In this document: piece by piece, positions 1-13,300 of the stretch
How positions within the stretch are numbered: the stretch's first letter is position 1
How the letters are laid out: every line of letters starts with the position of its first letter
Source: Patescibacteria group bacterium
GTDB taxonomy: Bacteria; Patescibacteriota; Kazan-3B-28
Length of the DNA stretch: 64,000 nucleotides
NCBI GenBank assembly: GCA_028717565.1
Contig: JAQUNP010000001.1
Location: forward strand, 112,997 to 176,996
Direction of reading: 5' to 3'
Position numbers and translations under genes: made by a program
The notes under the pieces: generated by a model
Seen by the model: only the letters and a program-made list of their open reading frames with translations
Databases searched by the model: none
What the model was told of the DNA's origin: nothing

Positions 1-88
1 CCGGACTTTTGGCTGTGAGAACCGAAGCAAAGTCCAGCACTTTCATGCCGCGTCTGCCTGCAGTAGTAGGTTTGATAATTCTCACCAT
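1..88 (-). CDS. rplB: 50S ribosomal protein L2, N-terminus (runs off window)
   Basis: ATG at 88 gives MVRIIKPTTAGRRGM..., the L2 N-terminal motif; follows rplW in S10 operon order. Confidence 0.9.
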   Translation of the reverse strand, partial: MVRIIKPTTAGRRGMKVLDFASVLTAKSP

Positions 89-94
89 GGGACT

Positions 95-385
95 TTATTT
101 AGTTTCCTCTTCAAATAATGGAATCGTTTGACCTTTTTTAAGCGTCACTACAACATGCTTACGACCCGCCCGAATGCCTTTAATGCGACGGAATCTTTTG
201 ATTTTGGCTGGTAAATTGATGACGTTGGTTTTCACTACTTCTACCCCAAAGGCGTCGGTCACGGCCATAGCCACCTGTTTTGCAGTAGCTTGTGCACTGA
301 CCAAAAAGGTGTATTTGTTGCCACTGCTTTGGGCGGAAATACTCTTTTCGGAAATAACTGGTTTCTTGACTACCGAGTTAAGCAT
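95..385 (-). CDS. rplW: 50S ribosomal protein L23
   Basis: PVISEKS...YTFLV...V..VN motifs; S10 operon position. Confidence 0.97.
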   Translation of the reverse strand: MLNSVVKKPVISEKSISAQSSGNKYTFLVSAQATAKQVAMAVTDAFGVEVVKTNVINLPAKIKRFRRIKGIRAGRKHVVVTLKKGQTIPLFEEETK

Positions 386-989
386 GCTTGACCCTATTTA
401 AAAGTTGACTATAAGTATCGTTAATAAAAACTACATGATGCGCCCGGGCTACGATGAGGGCATTGACGCGATTAAGGCTTACGGGGGTAAGATTGCTGAG
501 ATTGCGCAAACCCTTTGCCCATGTGGCCTCAGGAATAACTACTAAAGCATTTCGTAAAACGAGGAGTTCTGGCGCATTGGCCTTGATGTCCCCGACCTTC
601 GTCAGAGGCTGCTCGAGAGTCAACCGAGCTAGCTGTCCGGCATCGACTTTTGATTTAAGAGCCATCATGAGTGCTTGGCGTTTCAGCTGAGTCGGCAGCA
701 TATGAGAAAAGTTGGCAGCATTTGTAGGACCAAAGGTAATTCCACCGCCCCGCCATAATGGGTTTCTGATAGACCCAGTTCTGGCTCGGCCTGTACCTTT
801 TTGCCGCCAGGGCTTTTTGCCACCGCCACTTACCTCGCCGCGACGTTTAGTATGAGCCGTACTTTGGCGTTGATTATTCAAAATGCCTAGAACCACCTGT
901 CGCAGCACTTTCGGCTGAATCCGAACTTGGCTAAGCTCCTGGCCCGCAATCTTTTCTAACCCGATAGTAGCAGAACTAGTCTTGGTCAT
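378..989 (-). CDS. rplD: 50S ribosomal protein L4
   Basis: HTKRRGEVSGGGKKPWRQKGTGRAR; likely start ATG at 989 (MTKTSS). Confidence 0.96.
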   Translation of the reverse strand: MTKTSSATIGLEKIAGQELSQVRIQPKVLRQVVLGILNNQRQSTAHTKRRGEVSGGGKKPWRQKGTGRARTGSIRNPLWRGGGITFGPTNAANFSHMLPTQLKRQALMMALKSKVDAGQLARLTLEQPLTKVGDIKANAPELLVLRNALVVIPEATWAKGLRNLSNLTPVSLNRVNALIVARAHHVVFINDTYSQLLNRVKHA

Positions 990-1578
990 AGCTATGGTTC
1001 TTAGTGTGCTGAATAGTAACAAAGCTCTGGTTGGCCCCAGGGACTGCGCCAGAAACTGCAATCAGATTAGCTTGAGTGTCGACGGCCATTACTTTCAGAT
1101 TTTTGATGGTGTTTTGGGTGTTGCCCATATGTCCAGACATGCGCTTACCCTTCGCCACTCGTGGCATACCCATAGCGCCAATGGAACCTGGAGCTCGGTG
1201 ATGGTCATGTCCGTGAGTTTGTGGACCACGGTGGAATCCGTGCCGCTTGACAGTACCGGCAAATCCCATGCCTCGCGACGTACCGATGGCATCAACCAAG
1301 TCGCCTTCTTTGAAAATATCTAGAGAGATGGTATCCCCAACTTTATATTCGCCCTCTGGAAATCTGAATTCACGTTTAGTATAAAAAGTGGCTTTGGTGT
1401 CTGCCTTCTTAGCTGGCTTGGCTATACCGATTTGCAACGCAAAGTAGCCATCTTTGTCAGCGGTTTTTTTCTGCGTAATAACATTAGGCAGAACCTGAAA
1501 GATAGTGACGGCTTGGGCTTTGCCATCTGGAGTGATGGCTTGGCTCATGCTTAACTTTTTAGCGATAACACCTTTCAT
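976..1578 (-). CDS. rplC: 50S ribosomal protein L3
   Basis: DGYFALQ, GFAGTVKRHGF, RAPGSIG, GKRMSGHMG motifs. Confidence 0.97.
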   Translation of the reverse strand: MKGVIAKKLSMSQAITPDGKAQAVTIFQVLPNVITQKKTADKDGYFALQIGIAKPAKKADTKATFYTKREFRFPEGEYKVGDTISLDIFKEGDLVDAIGTSRGMGFAGTVKRHGFHRGPQTHGHDHHRAPGSIGAMGMPRVAKGKRMSGHMGNTQNTIKNLKVMAVDTQANLIAVSGAVPGANQSFVTIQHTKNHSYDQD

Positions 1579-1678
1579 AAAAAATATCTGCTTTCATCTC
1601 CATTGACCGGACGATGATAAGCTATTAGTTAATATTTTGTGATAATCCCTCGATAACCTCGAGTTAGCTTCTGCAAAG

Positions 1679-2047
1679 CTACATTTTGACTTCGATGCTA
1701 ACCCCAGCCGGCAAAGACAGATTGGTTAAAGCGTCGATAGTTTTGGGAGTAGGATCGGCAATATCAATTAAGCGCTTGTGAATTCTCATTTCAAACTGGT
1801 CACGCGAATCTTTGTGAACGAACGTGGATTTGAGAACCGTGTAGACCTTCTTCTCGGTTGGAAGTGGAATGGGGCCTAAAACTACAGCTCCAGTGCGTTC
1901 CGCTGTGTCAATAATCAGACGAGCCGACTTATCTAAGATACGATGATCGTAGGCCTTTAAGCGAATACGAATTCTTTGCTTAGCATCTTTAGAGTGGCTA
2001 GCTTTTTTGGGAGGTGCAATTTCGGATTTTGGTTTATTTTCCGCCAT
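1679..2047 (-). CDS. rpsJ: 30S ribosomal protein S10 with Lys-rich N-terminal extension
   Basis: [15 protein letters not shown]...GPIPLPT...HKRLIDI; start at ATG 2047 preferred. Confidence 0.97.
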   Translation of the reverse strand: MAENKPKSEIAPPKKASHSKDAKQRIRIRLKAYDHRILDKSARLIIDTAERTGAVVLGPIPLPTEKKVYTVLKSTFVHKDSRDQFEMRIHKRLIDIADPTPKTIDALTNLSLPAGVSIEVKM

Positions 2048-2059
2048 AAGAGTTTTTAA

Positions 2060-2099
2060 GGTATCATTTTGCCCCACGCGAGGTGGGGCAAAGCGATAC
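2060..2099 (-). promoter_or_regulatory. Strong hairpin between tuf and rpsJ
   Basis: GTATCGCTTTGCCCCAC-CTCGC-GTGGGGCAAAATGATAC inverted repeat. Confidence 0.55.
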
Positions 2100-2110
2100 T
2101 TTTTACATAA

Positions 2111-3301
2111 TTATTTAACAATCTTAGTGACAACTCCGGATGCCACAGTCCGACCGCCTTCGCGAATAGCAAAGCGCAGACCTTCATCCATAGCAATCGG
2201 AACAATCAGTTTCACTGTCACGCTAGACAAGGTGTCACCCGGCATAACCATTTCGGTGCCTTCAGGAAGAAAGACCTCGCCAGTTACGTCAGTAGTTCTG
2301 AAATAGAACTGGGGTTTATAACCCTTGCCAAATGGGGTGTGACGTCCGCCCTCTTCTTTGGACAAAACGTAGATTTCGGATTCGAACTCAGTGTGCGGAG
2401 TGATAGTGCCCGGCTTGGCAATCACCTGACCGCGCTCGATTTGTTCTCTTTCAACACCGCGCAGCAAAAGTCCTACATTGTCACCAGCTTGGCCTTGATC
2501 TAAGAGTTTTCTAAACATCTCTACACCGGTGACTACGGTCTTAGCAGTTGGCTTAATACCTACAATTTCAACTTCATCATTGACCTTCACAATGCCCTGC
2601 TCGACACGACCAGTGGCTACTGTACCGCGTCCTTTGATAGAAAAGACGTCTTCTACTGGCATCAGCAAAGGTTTGTCGAGAGCCCGTACAGGATCTGGAA
2701 TATAACTATCCAGCGCATCCATCAACTCCATGATCGGCTTAATGGCCTCTGGATCAGTCGGGTTCTCAAGAGCCTTTAAGGCAGACCCTCTGATAATTGG
2801 GGTTTCATCTCCTGGATATTCTTGTTTGGTCAAAAGATCACGAATCTCTTGCTCTACTAAATCAATGAGCTCTGGATCGTCAACCATATCGGTCTTGTTT
2901 AGGAAAACTATGATGCGAGGGACGCCCACCTGACGAGCTAATAGAATATGTTCGCGAGTTTGAGGCATAGGGCCATCGGTAGCGGCCACCACCAAAATAG
3001 CAGCGTCCATCTGGGCGGCACCAGTAATCATGTTTTTGATGTAGTCGGCATGACCCGGACAATCAACATGAGCGTAGTGACGCTTGTCAGTTTCATATTC
3101 CTGATGACTAGTAGCAATAGTGATACCACGCGCCTTCTCTTCAGGGGCATTATCAATATCTTCAAACTTTCTGGCAGTCGCCTTACCTTGGGCCGCAAGC
3201 ACCTGGGTAATAGCCGCTGTCAGAGTGGTTTTTCCGTGGTCAACGTGGCCAATTGTACCGACGTTAACATGGACCTTATCGCGAGAAAATGTATCTGCCA
3301 T
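2111..3301 (-). CDS. tuf: Elongation factor Tu
   Basis: [23 protein letters not shown]; AGGAG Shine-Dalgarno upstream. Confidence 0.99.
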   Translation of the reverse strand: MADTFSRDKVHVNVGTIGHVDHGKTTLTAAITQVLAAQGKATARKFEDIDNAPEEKARGITIATSHQEYETDKRHYAHVDCPGHADYIKNMITGAAQMDAAILVVAATDGPMPQTREHILLARQVGVPRIIVFLNKTDMVDDPELIDLVEQEIRDLLTKQEYPGDETPIIRGSALKALENPTDPEAIKPIMELMDALDSYIPDPVRALDKPLLMPVEDVFSIKGRGTVATGRVEQGIVKVNDEVEIVGIKPTAKTVVTGVEMFRKLLDQGQAGDNVGLLLRGVEREQIERGQVIAKPGTITPHTEFESEIYVLSKEEGGRHTPFGKGYKPQFYFRTTDVTGEVFLPEGTEMVMPGDTLSSVTVKLIVPIAMDEGLRFAIREGGRTVASGVVTKIVK

Positions 3302-3413
3302 ATGGACTCCTAACTAAGTTAAACTTATACCTGTAAAATATAAAAATTATACTTTTAGAAAATACACAATTTTTTCTTTATGCGCAAGGGTTTTTGACAA
3401 AAAAGTCGATTTC

Positions 3414-3440
3414 TCAACGGCTCAAAAAATGAGCCGTTGA
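3414..3440. repeat. 27-bp palindrome, copy 1
   Basis: TCAACGGCTCA-AAAAA-TGAGCCGTTGA; related copy at 30489-30515. Confidence 0.75.
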
Positions 3441-3461
3441 CTTATTGGTCAAAAAATGGTC

Positions 3462-5561
3462 TTATCCTTCTTTGCCGCCACCCCGTTTGGCAATGAGTTC
3501 TTCCTGGATGTTGGATGGAACTTTTTCATACTGATAGAACTCCATCGTGTAGGAAGCTCGGCCTTGGCTCATGGAGCGCAAGTTAGTAGCGTAACCAAAC
3601 ATCTCACCAAGCGGGACATAGCCCTTGATAGCTTTGGCGTTGCCCCGTTCAGTCATGCCCTCAATACGTCCACGCTTAGCATTTAAATCCCCCATTACAT
3701 CCCCAGCGAAATCTTCTGGAGTAACTACCTCTACTTTCATAATGGGCTCTAAAATAACCGGGCCGCCCTTCTTTACGCCGTCTTGGAGAGCCATCGAGCC
3801 AGCAATCGAAAAGGCCATTTCAGAGGAGTCCACATCGTGGTAGGTACCGTCATACAGCGTTGCGCGAATGCCGATAACTGGATAGCCCGCAAGCACTCCT
3901 CGTGCCATGGCACCCTCAATACCTTTTTGCACAGCCGGAATGTACTCTTTGGGAATAGCACCACCGACGATCTTGTTGATGAACTCAAAGTTTTTACCTT
4001 CTTCATCGTCAACCAGCGGTTCAAACCTAACATACACATGGCCATACTGGCCACGACCACCGGACTGGCGAACGTATTTTGTTTCTACATCTGATTCCTT
4101 GGTAACCGTTTCTCGATAAGCCACCTGCGGTTGGCCAATGTTGGCCTCCACTTTGAATTCACGCTTCATGCGATCAACGATAATATCCAAGTGTAGTTCT
4201 CCCATACCAGAAATGACCGTCTGGTTGGTTTCAGAATCAGTAGCTACTTTGAAAGTGGGGTCTTCTTCGGCCAACTTCTGAAGCGCCAATGACATCTTTT
4301 CTTGGTCGGCCTTGGATTTTGGCTCAACAGCAATAGAGATGACTGGTTCAGGGAATTCAATGGATTCTAGAATGATTGGATGCGCTTCATCGGTGAGCGT
4401 GTCACCAGTAGTGACACCTTTTAGGCCAACCATGGCACCAATTTCACCGGCAAAGATCTCATCAACTTCCTCGCGGTGGTTCGCATGCATTCTTAAGATA
4501 CGGCCCACTCGTTCTTTCTCCCCTTTGGAAGCATTGAGAACATAGGAACCGGCTTTGAGTGTACCGGAATAAACTCTGAAATAGATTAGTTTACCAACAA
4601 ATGGGTCGGTAGCAATTTTGAAAGCCAGAGCGGCAAAGGGCTGCTCGTCACTAGTTTCACGCGTAACTTCGCTCTCGGTTTTAGGGTCAATGCCTTTAAC
4701 TGCCGGCACCTCTAAAGGCGTTGGGAGATAATCTACAACCGCGTCCAGTAGCAGCTGGATGCCTTTGTTCTTAAGCGCTGAGCCGCAAAACACGGGAACA
4801 ACTTGATTGGCTACTACCGCAGCATGTAGGGCTTTTTTCAACTCGTCTATGGTCAAGGCCTGATCACCCAAAAATTTTTCTAAGAGATCTTCTTGGGTCT
4901 CTACAATCTTTTCTAACAAAACATGGCGATATTTTGCCATCGCTTCTTTCATATCCTCGGGTACGTCAGTTTCGGTGATTTGTTTACCTAGATCGTCTTC
5001 AAAGATGTACGCCTTTTCCGTAAGCAGATCAACTACACCTTTAAAAGTTTCAGCCGCACCGATTGGTAATTGAGCCATAACTGCATTGGCGCCCAAACGA
5101 TCAATAATGGATTTGAAACTTGCATAAAAGTCCGCCCCCATTCTGTCCATTTTGTTGATAAAACAAATACGAGGCACATGATATTTCTCGGCCTGACGCC
5201 ACACCGTTTCACTCTGTGGCTCCACACCCGCAACGCCGTCAAAAACGACGACGCCACCGTCTAGAACCCTTAAGGAGCGCTCTACCTCAACGGTGAAGTC
5301 AACGTGGCCGGGAGTGTCGATAATATTGATACGATAATCTTTCCAAAAGCAAGTCGTAGCGGCAGAGGTGATCGTAATCCCACGTTCCTGCTCTTGCTCC
5401 ATCCAATCCATGACCGCCTCACCTTCGTGCACTTCGCCAATCTTATAGGTAATCCCGGTATAGAACAAAATCCGCTCCGTAACCGTAGTTTTACCCGCGT
5501 CAATGTGAGCGATAATTCCGATGTTTTTTGTCCGATCGAGAGGATATTGTCTTTCCGCCAT
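3462..5561 (-). CDS. fusA: Elongation factor G
   Basis: [28 protein letters not shown]; 699 aa. Confidence 0.99.
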   Translation of the reverse strand: MAERQYPLDRTKNIGIIAHIDAGKTTVTERILFYTGITYKIGEVHEGEAVMDWMEQEQERGITITSAATTCFWKDYRINIIDTPGHVDFTVEVERSLRVLDGGVVVFDGVAGVEPQSETVWRQAEKYHVPRICFINKMDRMGADFYASFKSIIDRLGANAVMAQLPIGAAETFKGVVDLLTEKAYIFEDDLGKQITETDVPEDMKEAMAKYRHVLLEKIVETQEDLLEKFLGDQALTIDELKKALHAAVVANQVVPVFCGSALKNKGIQLLLDAVVDYLPTPLEVPAVKGIDPKTESEVTRETSDEQPFAALAFKIATDPFVGKLIYFRVYSGTLKAGSYVLNASKGEKERVGRILRMHANHREEVDEIFAGEIGAMVGLKGVTTGDTLTDEAHPIILESIEFPEPVISIAVEPKSKADQEKMSLALQKLAEEDPTFKVATDSETNQTVISGMGELHLDIIVDRMKREFKVEANIGQPQVAYRETVTKESDVETKYVRQSGGRGQYGHVYVRFEPLVDDEEGKNFEFINKIVGGAIPKEYIPAVQKGIEGAMARGVLAGYPVIGIRATLYDGTYHDVDSSEMAFSIAGSMALQDGVKKGGPVILEPIMKVEVVTPEDFAGDVMGDLNAKRGRIEGMTERGNAKAIKGYVPLGEMFGYATNLRSMSQGRASYTMEFYQYEKVPSNIQEELIAKRGGGKEG

Positions 5562-5603
5562 GTTGATTAAGATTTAATAGTTCTTTATTAAGCGAGCTTG
5601 GTC

Positions 5604-5667
5604 GCCTTGGGCGACTGGGCCGCTGCCCACGAGCGTCTCAAAAGAAAACTAGCGTTTTCTTTTGAAG
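5604..5667. repeat. Hairpin pair in rpsG-fusA spacer
   Basis: GTCGCC-TTG-GGCGAC and TCAAAAGAAAAC-TAGC-GTTTTCTTTTGA. Confidence 0.55.
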
Positions 5668-5669
5668 CC

Positions 5670-6143
5670 CTAAAATCTCGCATAGTGAGCAAACGCTCGG
5701 TTGGCCTCGGCCATGCGGTGAGTTTCTTCCTTCTTTTTGACCGCTTCACCAGTATTGTTATAAGCATCAATCAGTTCCTGACCCAGCCGTTCGGCCATTG
5801 GTTTACCTTTTTTGGCACGAGTAGCTTTAATCAGCCACTGCATAGCTAACACGACTTTGCGCTCGGAGCTAACTTCAGTGGGAATCTGCAAATTGGCACC
5901 ACCAATGCGGCGTCCTTTCAATTGAACTGCTGGATAAATATTGGCAAAGGCATCTTCCAACACTTGTACTGGATCCTTGCCGACTTTTTTTGCAGCAATT
6001 TGTAACGCATCATAAACGATTTGCTCCGCCACTGTTTTTTTGCCATTAAGCATTAGTTTATTAATCAGGCGCGCAACTAAAAGACTGCCATATTTATGGT
6101 CGGGGGTCAGTTCACGTTTGAGATTAAGTCGACTGCGAGGCAT
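5670..6143 (-). CDS. rpsG: 30S ribosomal protein S7
   Basis: GKKTVAEQIVY, RRIGGA, HRMAEANRAFAH. Confidence 0.99.
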   Translation of the reverse strand: MPRSRLNLKRELTPDHKYGSLLVARLINKLMLNGKKTVAEQIVYDALQIAAKKVGKDPVQVLEDAFANIYPAVQLKGRRIGGANLQIPTEVSSERKVVLAMQWLIKATRAKKGKPMAERLGQELIDAYNNTGEAVKKKEETHRMAEANRAFAHYARF

Positions 6144-6157
6144 AGAATATATATTTT

Positions 6158-6604
6158 TTAAGCAACTGTAGCTTCTTTGGCGGTAGTAGCACCGCTGCGC
6201 TTCGTACCATATTTGGAACGACCACGTTTACGATTTTGGACACCGGCCGTATCTAGCCGACCACGTACCACGTGATACCGCACACCTGGGAGGTCTTTTA
6301 CTCTACCACCTCGGATCAATACGATTGAATGTTCCTGCAAGTTATGGCCAATACCACCAATATAGGCCGTAACCTCCATGCGGTTGGTTAGACGTACACG
6401 CGCAATCTTACGCAAAGCCGAGTTTGGCTTTTTGGGCGTAGTAGTAGTGACCTTTACACAAACGCCCCGTTTGAACGGTGAACCCTTACTCGTAGTCGTA
6501 GGGCGCATTTTAATAGTATTAAAACCTCTCTGCAGTGCTGGAGATTTACTTTTTTGGACTGCAGTTTTACGGTTCTTGCGAATTAATTGGTTAATTGTTG
6601 GCAT
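6158..6604 (-). CDS. rpsL: 30S ribosomal protein S12
   Basis: [29 protein letters not shown]. Confidence 0.99.
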   Translation of the reverse strand: MPTINQLIRKNRKTAVQKSKSPALQRGFNTIKMRPTTTSKGSPFKRGVCVKVTTTTPKKPNSALRKIARVRLTNRMEVTAYIGGIGHNLQEHSIVLIRGGRVKDLPGVRYHVVRGRLDTAGVQNRKRGRSKYGTKRSGATTAKEATVA

Positions 6605-6612
6605 GTGAAGGA

Positions 6613-9600
6613 TTATACTGACTTCTTAGCTGAGCTGTCAATCTGGCCACGAGCCTTAAAGCCAGTTCCAGCCGGAATTAATCGGCCAACAATGACATTT
6701 TCTTTGAGGCCACGGAGATAATCTACTTTACCTGTAACTGCAGCATCAACCAATACTCGAGTTGTCTCCTGGAAGGATGCCGCTGACAAAAAGCTTTCTG
6801 TGTTTAAGGCAGCTTTGGAAATACCCAATAGCAATTGAGTGGCGGTTGGCGGAGTTTTGCCGGCCTTGGCCAAAGCAGCTGCGATGTGTTCAAAGGCTAA
6901 TTTCTCAATAATTTCACCGACGATAAAGTCACTATCCCCTTCTTTTTCAATCCGCACTTTGGAGAACATCTGACGCACTACTGCTTCAACGTGTTTGTCG
7001 TTGATATTTTGGCCCTGCAATGAATAAATCTTCTGGATTTCTGAAATGATGTACCGTTGAGCAGCGTCGATACCCTTTAGCTTCATAAGGTCTTTAGTAT
7101 TGAGCTGACCTTCAGTCAATTGCTGACCACGGGCAATCCGATCTCCGTCCTTAACACGCAAAAAGACCTTGGCGGTAATAGGATACTCATAGACCTCTTT
7201 TTGATTGTGAGTAAAAGCAATATTATTTTCGTCGATGGCGACTACACCGTTGGCCGTAGCCTTGTGTTCGTCTTTATCTACCACAAAGAAAACGTCACCA
7301 CGTTTCACCTCACTACCGTCTTTTACTTTGACTTTAGCGTCTTGGGGGATCTTAATATCGGTCACCACTTCTTCAACAACCTCCAGACGCATGAATTTCT
7401 TGTTGCCCACCTCCATAACATGAACCGTACCGTCGCCCGGAGATAAGATGGCCTCGGTCTTGGGCACACGTGCTTCAAACAATTCTTCAACTCGTGGCAA
7501 GCCCTGCGTGATATCAGCTGTAGATGCCACACCGCCGGTATGGAACGTCCGCATGGTGAGCTGTGTACCTGGTTCGCCGATGGATTGAGCCGCTACAATG
7601 CCCACGGCCTCGCCTAGCTCAACCAGTGAGCCGCGTGCCAAATCCTTGCCGTAACATTTTTGACAAACGCCCCATTCGGCCTCACAAGTGATCATCGAAC
7701 GAACCGGAACCTCGGTGACACCTGCATTTTCTATGTGACGAGCAATCTCTTCAGTGATGTATTCGTCCTTGCCGACAATAACTTTGGCGCCGACCTTGAT
7801 TTCGGCGGCCGTGAATCTGCCCTCCAAACGTTTGTGGAGTGGATCGGCTAGCATATCATCGGGGTCATGGACGATTGTAATAAAGCGGTCGGTACCACAA
7901 TCTTCAGTCCCCACAATAATGTCTTGGCAAACGTCCACTAGTCGACGGGTCAGATAACCAGCGTCAGAGGTTCTTAAAGCTGTGTCGGATAAACCTTTTC
8001 GAGCACCGTGAGTAGATAAGAAATATTCCAAGGTGGTAAGCCCCTCTTTATAGTTGGACTTAACGGGCAGCTCAATCTTGCGACCAGCTGGGTTAACTTT
8101 GGTGCCTACCATCCCGATTAGCTGGTTGTACTGCTCCAAGCTACCGCGAGCACCAGAACTAACCATCATGGCTGTGGGGTTAATGGGATTTTCCTTAATG
8201 GTGGCGTCTAGCAAGTCCTCAATGGATTGCTTGGTTTTTTCCCATTCATTAATTACCAAACGACGCCGTTCGTCAGCAGTAATCAAACCTTCTTTGTACT
8301 GTTCGCGTACGCCCTTGGTAGTCACATCTGTGTTACTAATCAGTCCTTGTTTTTCTGCTGGGACATTAAGATCGCCCGCCGAGAAAGTAGCGCCCGAGAG
8401 TGCGGCATAAGTGAATCCAAGATTTTTCATATCGTTAGCCAACTTCACTGTGCGCTCAGTACCAAGTGTACGGTAGCAAGTGTTGACCAATCCCTTGAGG
8501 CGTTTTTTGTTGGTAATCTCATTCACGAAGCCGATTTCCTCCGGAATAATCTGATTAAAGATCAACCGGCCTAGTGTGGTTTTGAGCATATCGCCATTCA
8601 CTGGTACCAAAATCAGGTCTTGGAGCTTGATGACTCCATGATGATGAGCCAACTGGGCTTCTTCGATATTGCGATAGTATCTAATTTTTGCCTTGTCAGG
8701 ATTGTCATCCGTAAAGGTCAAATAGTAACAGCCCAGGACCACGTCTTGGTCCGGCATGACAATCGGATCACCAGTGGCTGGCTTGAGCAAGTTTTTAGAT
8801 GAAAGTAAGATTTCTCTAGCTTCCTCTTGGGCCTGTTTACTCAAAGGCAAATGGATGGCCATTTGGTCACCGTCAAAGTCAGCATTGAAAGCTGTACAGG
8901 TTAGAGGATGGAGCTGAATAGCATTACCCTCAATGAGTTTAGGTTTAAAGGCCTGAATACCCAAGCGATGCAAGGTGGGTGCGCGGTTAAGTAACACGTA
9001 GTATTTATTAACGACTTCGTCTAAAGCGTCCCAGACCTCGTTGGTCTCTTTTTCCACCATTTTGCCGGCGGTTTTAACGTTGTGGACGATGCCGTCACGC
9101 ATCAAGCTGGAAATGACGAACGGCTTGAAAAGCTCCAAAGCAATTGGTTTGGGGACTCCACATTCATGCAGCTCCAAGTCGGAGCCAACTACGATGACAC
9201 TTCGGCCAGAGTAATCAACACGCTTGCCCAGCAAATTTTGACGGAAACGGCCTTGTTTACCTTTGAGCATGTCGCTTAAAGATTTCAGTTTGCGCTTCGC
9301 AGTCGTAGTTGAAGAAGTTTCTCGCGCAGTAATATCAAAGAGGGCATCGACAGCTTCCTGTAGCATACGTTTCTCGTTTCGAGTGATGACCTCTGGCGCA
9401 CCGATGTCAATCAATTTTTTCAATCGATTGTTCCGGTTAATAACTCGGCGATACAAATCATTTAAATCGGAAGTGGCAAAACGACCACCGTCTAGTTGAA
9501 CCATAGGGCGCAAATCTGGCGGGATAACTGGCAAAACCGTTACGAACATCCAACTAGGATGCAAGGCGGCCTTGGAAAAGCCCTCCAGAAGTTTAAGCCG

Positions 9601-10386
9601 TTTCTGTAATCGCTTATATTTCTGGCCAGTTGCACTTTTCAGCTCCTCTCGCATATCTTTGATCTCCGTAACTAAATCCATCTGTTTGACCAGGTCGTGT
9701 ACTGCCTCTGCGCCGATGCCAGCCGTGAAAACCTGACCGTATTTCAAATTGAGGCTCCGATATTCGTGCTCAGACAAAATCTTTTGTATCTTGAGATCTT
9801 TAATCTCATTCAAAGCTGTCTGGTAAGCATTTTTCAGTTTTTCCAAACGCTCTTCTAGCTCACTAGCTTCGGAATTTTTTTGCTTGTGTTCGGATTTAAT
9901 AGTTTTGATGTGCACCTTGTACTCTTTGTCTAGCTGCTCAAGAGCCGCCGTACGGGCACTCTCATCAATACTAGTGACAATGTAAGAGGCAAAGTAAATT
10001 ACCTGCTCTAATTTTCTAGCCGGTACATTTAAAATCAGCCCTAAGCGTGATGGTGTACCGCGTAAATACCAAATGTGACTCACCGGGGCGGCTAAGTTAA
10101 TATGGCCCATCCGTTCACGGCGAACTACTGCTCGAGTTACCTCTACACCACACTTGTCACAGACAATGCCTTTGTAACGAACTTTTTTGTACTTGCCGCA
10201 GTAACATTCCCAGTCCTTAGTTGGGCCAAAGATGCGCTCGTCGAACAAACCGTCTTTTTCCGGCCGTAAGGTTCGATAGTTTATGGTCTCTGGCTTAGTA
10301 ATCTCGCCGTGTGACCAATTTAAAATCTGTTCTGGCGATGCCAGCCCAATTCTAACCGCTAAAAAGCTTTCGTCTTTGGCTTTCAT
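6613..10386 (-). CDS. rpoC: RNA polymerase beta' subunit
   Basis: Zn ribbon CYC..CDKC, NADFDGD catalytic motif, QLTMRTFH. Confidence 0.99.
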   Translation of the reverse strand: MKAKDESFLAVRIGLASPEQILNWSHGEITKPETINYRTLRPEKDGLFDERIFGPTKDWECYCGKYKKVRYKGIVCDKCGVEVTRAVVRRERMGHINLAAPVSHIWYLRGTPSRLGLILNVPARKLEQVIYFASYIVTSIDESARTAALEQLDKEYKVHIKTIKSEHKQKNSEASELEERLEKLKNAYQTALNEIKDLKIQKILSEHEYRSLNLKYGQVFTAGIGAEAVHDLVKQMDLVTEIKDMREELKSATGQKYKRLQKRLKLLEGFSKAALHPSWMFVTVLPVIPPDLRPMVQLDGGRFATSDLNDLYRRVINRNNRLKKLIDIGAPEVITRNEKRMLQEAVDALFDITARETSSTTTAKRKLKSLSDMLKGKQGRFRQNLLGKRVDYSGRSVIVVGSDLELHECGVPKPIALELFKPFVISSLMRDGIVHNVKTAGKMVEKETNEVWDALDEVVNKYYVLLNRAPTLHRLGIQAFKPKLIEGNAIQLHPLTCTAFNADFDGDQMAIHLPLSKQAQEEAREILLSSKNLLKPATGDPIVMPDQDVVLGCYYLTFTDDNPDKAKIRYYRNIEEAQLAHHHGVIKLQDLILVPVNGDMLKTTLGRLIFNQIIPEEIGFVNEITNKKRLKGLVNTCYRTLGTERTVKLANDMKNLGFTYAALSGATFSAGDLNVPAEKQGLISNTDVTTKGVREQYKEGLITADERRRLVINEWEKTKQSIEDLLDATIKENPINPTAMMVSSGARGSLEQYNQLIGMVGTKVNPAGRKIELPVKSNYKEGLTTLEYFLSTHGARKGLSDTALRTSDAGYLTRRLVDVCQDIIVGTEDCGTDRFITIVHDPDDMLADPLHKRLEGRFTAAEIKVGAKVIVGKDEYITEEIARHIENAGVTEVPVRSMITCEAEWGVCQKCYGKDLARGSLVELGEAVGIVAAQSIGEPGTQLTMRTFHTGGVASTADITQGLPRVEELFEARVPKTEAILSPGDGTVHVMEVGNKKFMRLEVVEEVVTDIKIPQDAKVKVKDGSEVKRGDVFFVVDKDEHKATANGVVAIDENNIAFTHNQKEVYEYPITAKVFLRVKDGDRIARGQQLTEGQLNTKDLMKLKGIDAAQRYIISEIQKIYSLQGQNINDKHVEAVVRQMFSKVRIEKEGDSDFIVGEIIEKLAFEHIAAALAKAGKTPPTATQLLLGISKAALNTESFLSAASFQETTRVLVDAAVTGKVDYLRGLKENVIVGRLIPAGTGFKARGQIDSSAKKSV

Positions 10387-10388
10387 AA

Positions 10389-13300
10389 TTATTTCTTCTT
10401 TAATTTGGAGGCCACTTTGTTTTGTTCACCAATGGGAGTTTTTAAATCTTCCTCGTTATCAACCACATCTACGTTAAGACCCAGTCCCTGAAGCTCCTTA
10501 ACGATGACGTTGAAGGCCTCGGGAGTATGGGCGGTTTGAATCTCTTCGCCCTTAACAATGGATTCATACGTGCGGGAACGGCCTTGCACATCGTCGGATT
10601 TAATTGTCAGCATTTCTTCCAAAGTATGAGCTGCGCCATAACCTTCCAACGCCCAGACCTCCATTTCGCCAAACCGCTGACCACCGAGTTGGGCCTTGCC
10701 ACCCAACGGCTGCTGGGTAACTAGAGCATATGGTCCAATAGAACGAGCGTGGATCTTGTCGTCGACCATGTGGTTGAGCTTCAACATATAAATAATTCCT
10801 GTGGTAGTTTCCTGAGCAAAGGGTTCGCCAGTCCGACCGTCATACAGCTGAATCTTGCCCTTTTCAGGCAGGTCGGCATTTTTAAGTTCGTCGACAATAC
10901 CGTCCATATTAATACCCTCAAACACTGGATTAATAGCATTGAATCCACCTTTGCCAGCTGCCCAACCCAGATGGGTTTCTAAAATTTGCCCTAAATTCAT
11001 CCGAGAGATAACGCCTAAAGGGTTTAAAATGATATCCACTGGCGTGCCATCCTCTAAGAACGGCATGTCTGCTTGGGGAACAATCTTGGCAATCACGCCC
11101 TTGTTGCCATGGCGACCAGCCAGTTTATCGCCAACTGAAATCTTGCGCATTTGAGCAATATACACATAAATCTTTTTCAAAACGCCAACCTCTAGTTTGT
11201 CACCTTTATCGGCATCAAAAATTTGTACACCAATGACTTTGCCGTAACCACCGTGAGGCATGGTTAAGGAAGTGTCTTTGACGTCTTTGATCTTTTCACC
11301 AAAGATGGCTCGCAGCAATCGCTCTTCAGATGTGAGTTCGGTTTCACCTTTGGGAGTAATCTTACCGACCAAAATATTTCGTGACTTCACTTTGGCCCCA
11401 ATCCGAATAATGCCGTCTTCATCCAAATCGGCCACCGCATCTTCGCCAACGTTCGGGATGTCACGGGTAGTGATTTCAGGACCTAATTTTGTATCACGAA
11501 CATCAATCTCCTCACGTTTGATATGGATAGAAGTGAACTCGTCGTCCTCGACTAAACGGTCAGAAATAATAATAGCGTCCTCATAGTTAGAACCACCCCA
11601 AGACATGAAAGCCACCAATACGTTTTTACCTAAAGCGAGGCGGGAATTTTTGATAGCCGGACCATCACATAGAGGTTGACCTTTTTTGACCACATCCCCT
11701 TCGCAGACAATTGGGGTTTGATTAAGGTTAGTTTCATCATTGGATCGCGAAAACTTAATCAGCTCAAAAACTATGCTCTTGCGTTTGCCTTTGGGCATAA
11801 ATTCAATTTTTGAACCATCAACATACTTAATGGTACCGTCCTCCGGAGCAGTCAAAACCCAGCCCGAGCCTAAGGCGGCATCCCATTCCACACCGGTGGA
11901 AACAATCGGAACGTTGGGTTTGACCAGAGGAACAGCTTGGCGTTGCATATTGGAGCCCATCAGAGCGCGTTTAGCGTCATCATGTTCAACAAACGGAATC
12001 AATGAGGTAGTCACACTTAAAATTTGTTTTGGAGACACGTCCATATATGAAATACGGCCGATAGATAAAGTTTCTGGTTCACCGCCTAAACGAGCTGGCA
12101 CATATTGCGACAGGACATGACCTTCGTCATCAAGCGGGATATTGGCTTGGGCAATACCGGTTTTTTCTTCGATGTAAGCATCAACATACTGAACGTCATT
12201 AGTGACAAAAGTTGTAACCGGAATCAAATCGAGTCCCGCAACTTTAATCAGTTTTTTGGCTAACGTTTCAGTAGCAACGGTCTTGCTTGGTACCAAAATG
12301 TTTTTGGTTTTGGGATCAACTATATCTTTATGTATAGTCCGACCGATAACCGACTTACCGTCATTGGGCACGGCAGAAATTACGCGTCGATAGGGGGTTT
12401 CAATAAAACCATACTCGTTGACTTTGGCATAGGACGCCAAGTGCCCTACCAAACCGATGTTTTGACCTTCTGGGGTTTGGATGGGACAAATGCGACCATA
12501 ATGGCTGGTATGTACATCGCGGACATCAAAACCAGCACGTTCGCGGGACAGTCCACCCGGACCCATGGCTGAGAGGCGACGTTTATGTTCCAGCTCGCTT
12601 AAAGGGTTAACCTGATCCATGAACTGGGATAGTTGGCTGGAGCCAAAAAATTCTTGCATGACAGCTGAAATCGGCCGCGCATTGATTAGCTGGGCTGGGG
12701 TGAGAGTGGAAATGTCGGAAACGCTCATGCGGTCTTTGACAATGCGCTCCACCCGCAAAAGTCCAGTCCGGAATTTGTTTTGCATCAGCTCGCCCACCGC
12801 TCTCACGCGACGATTCTTTAAATGATCCACATCATCAGCCAATCCCCCCTCATTGTTGAGACGAATAATTTCTTTGGTAATAGCTACCAGATCCTCTAGT
12901 GTCAAAACTCGATGTTTGCGGTCATTGGCGGATGTAAGGTCTAGTCGTTTGTTGATTTTGTAGCGACCCACTGCGCCCAAATCGTAACGACGAAAGTTTT
13001 GGAAAGTATTTACAAACAGTGTTCTGGCATTCTCGACAGTAGCCAAATCCCCTGGACGAATCTTTTTATACACTTCCAACAAGGCCTGATCGGTGGATTT
13101 GGCTGGGTCTTTTTCAATAGTATTTTTGATAAAGTTCATCTTGGGGTCGGTATCAACATCCGCAAACATCTCAATTAATTCGGCATCACTACCCACGCCA
13201 AAGGCACGCAAAATAGTCGTCACAAAAGTTTTGCGTTTGCGATCGATTTTGACAGAAACGACGCCCTTGCTGTTGGTTTCTAGCTCCAACCAGGCGCCGC

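Noticed and set aside
12560-12660. Rifampicin-resistance changes in RpoB (and streptomycin K43 in S12)
   Set aside because: Key residues (Q, D, H, S in cluster I; PKK) look wild-type
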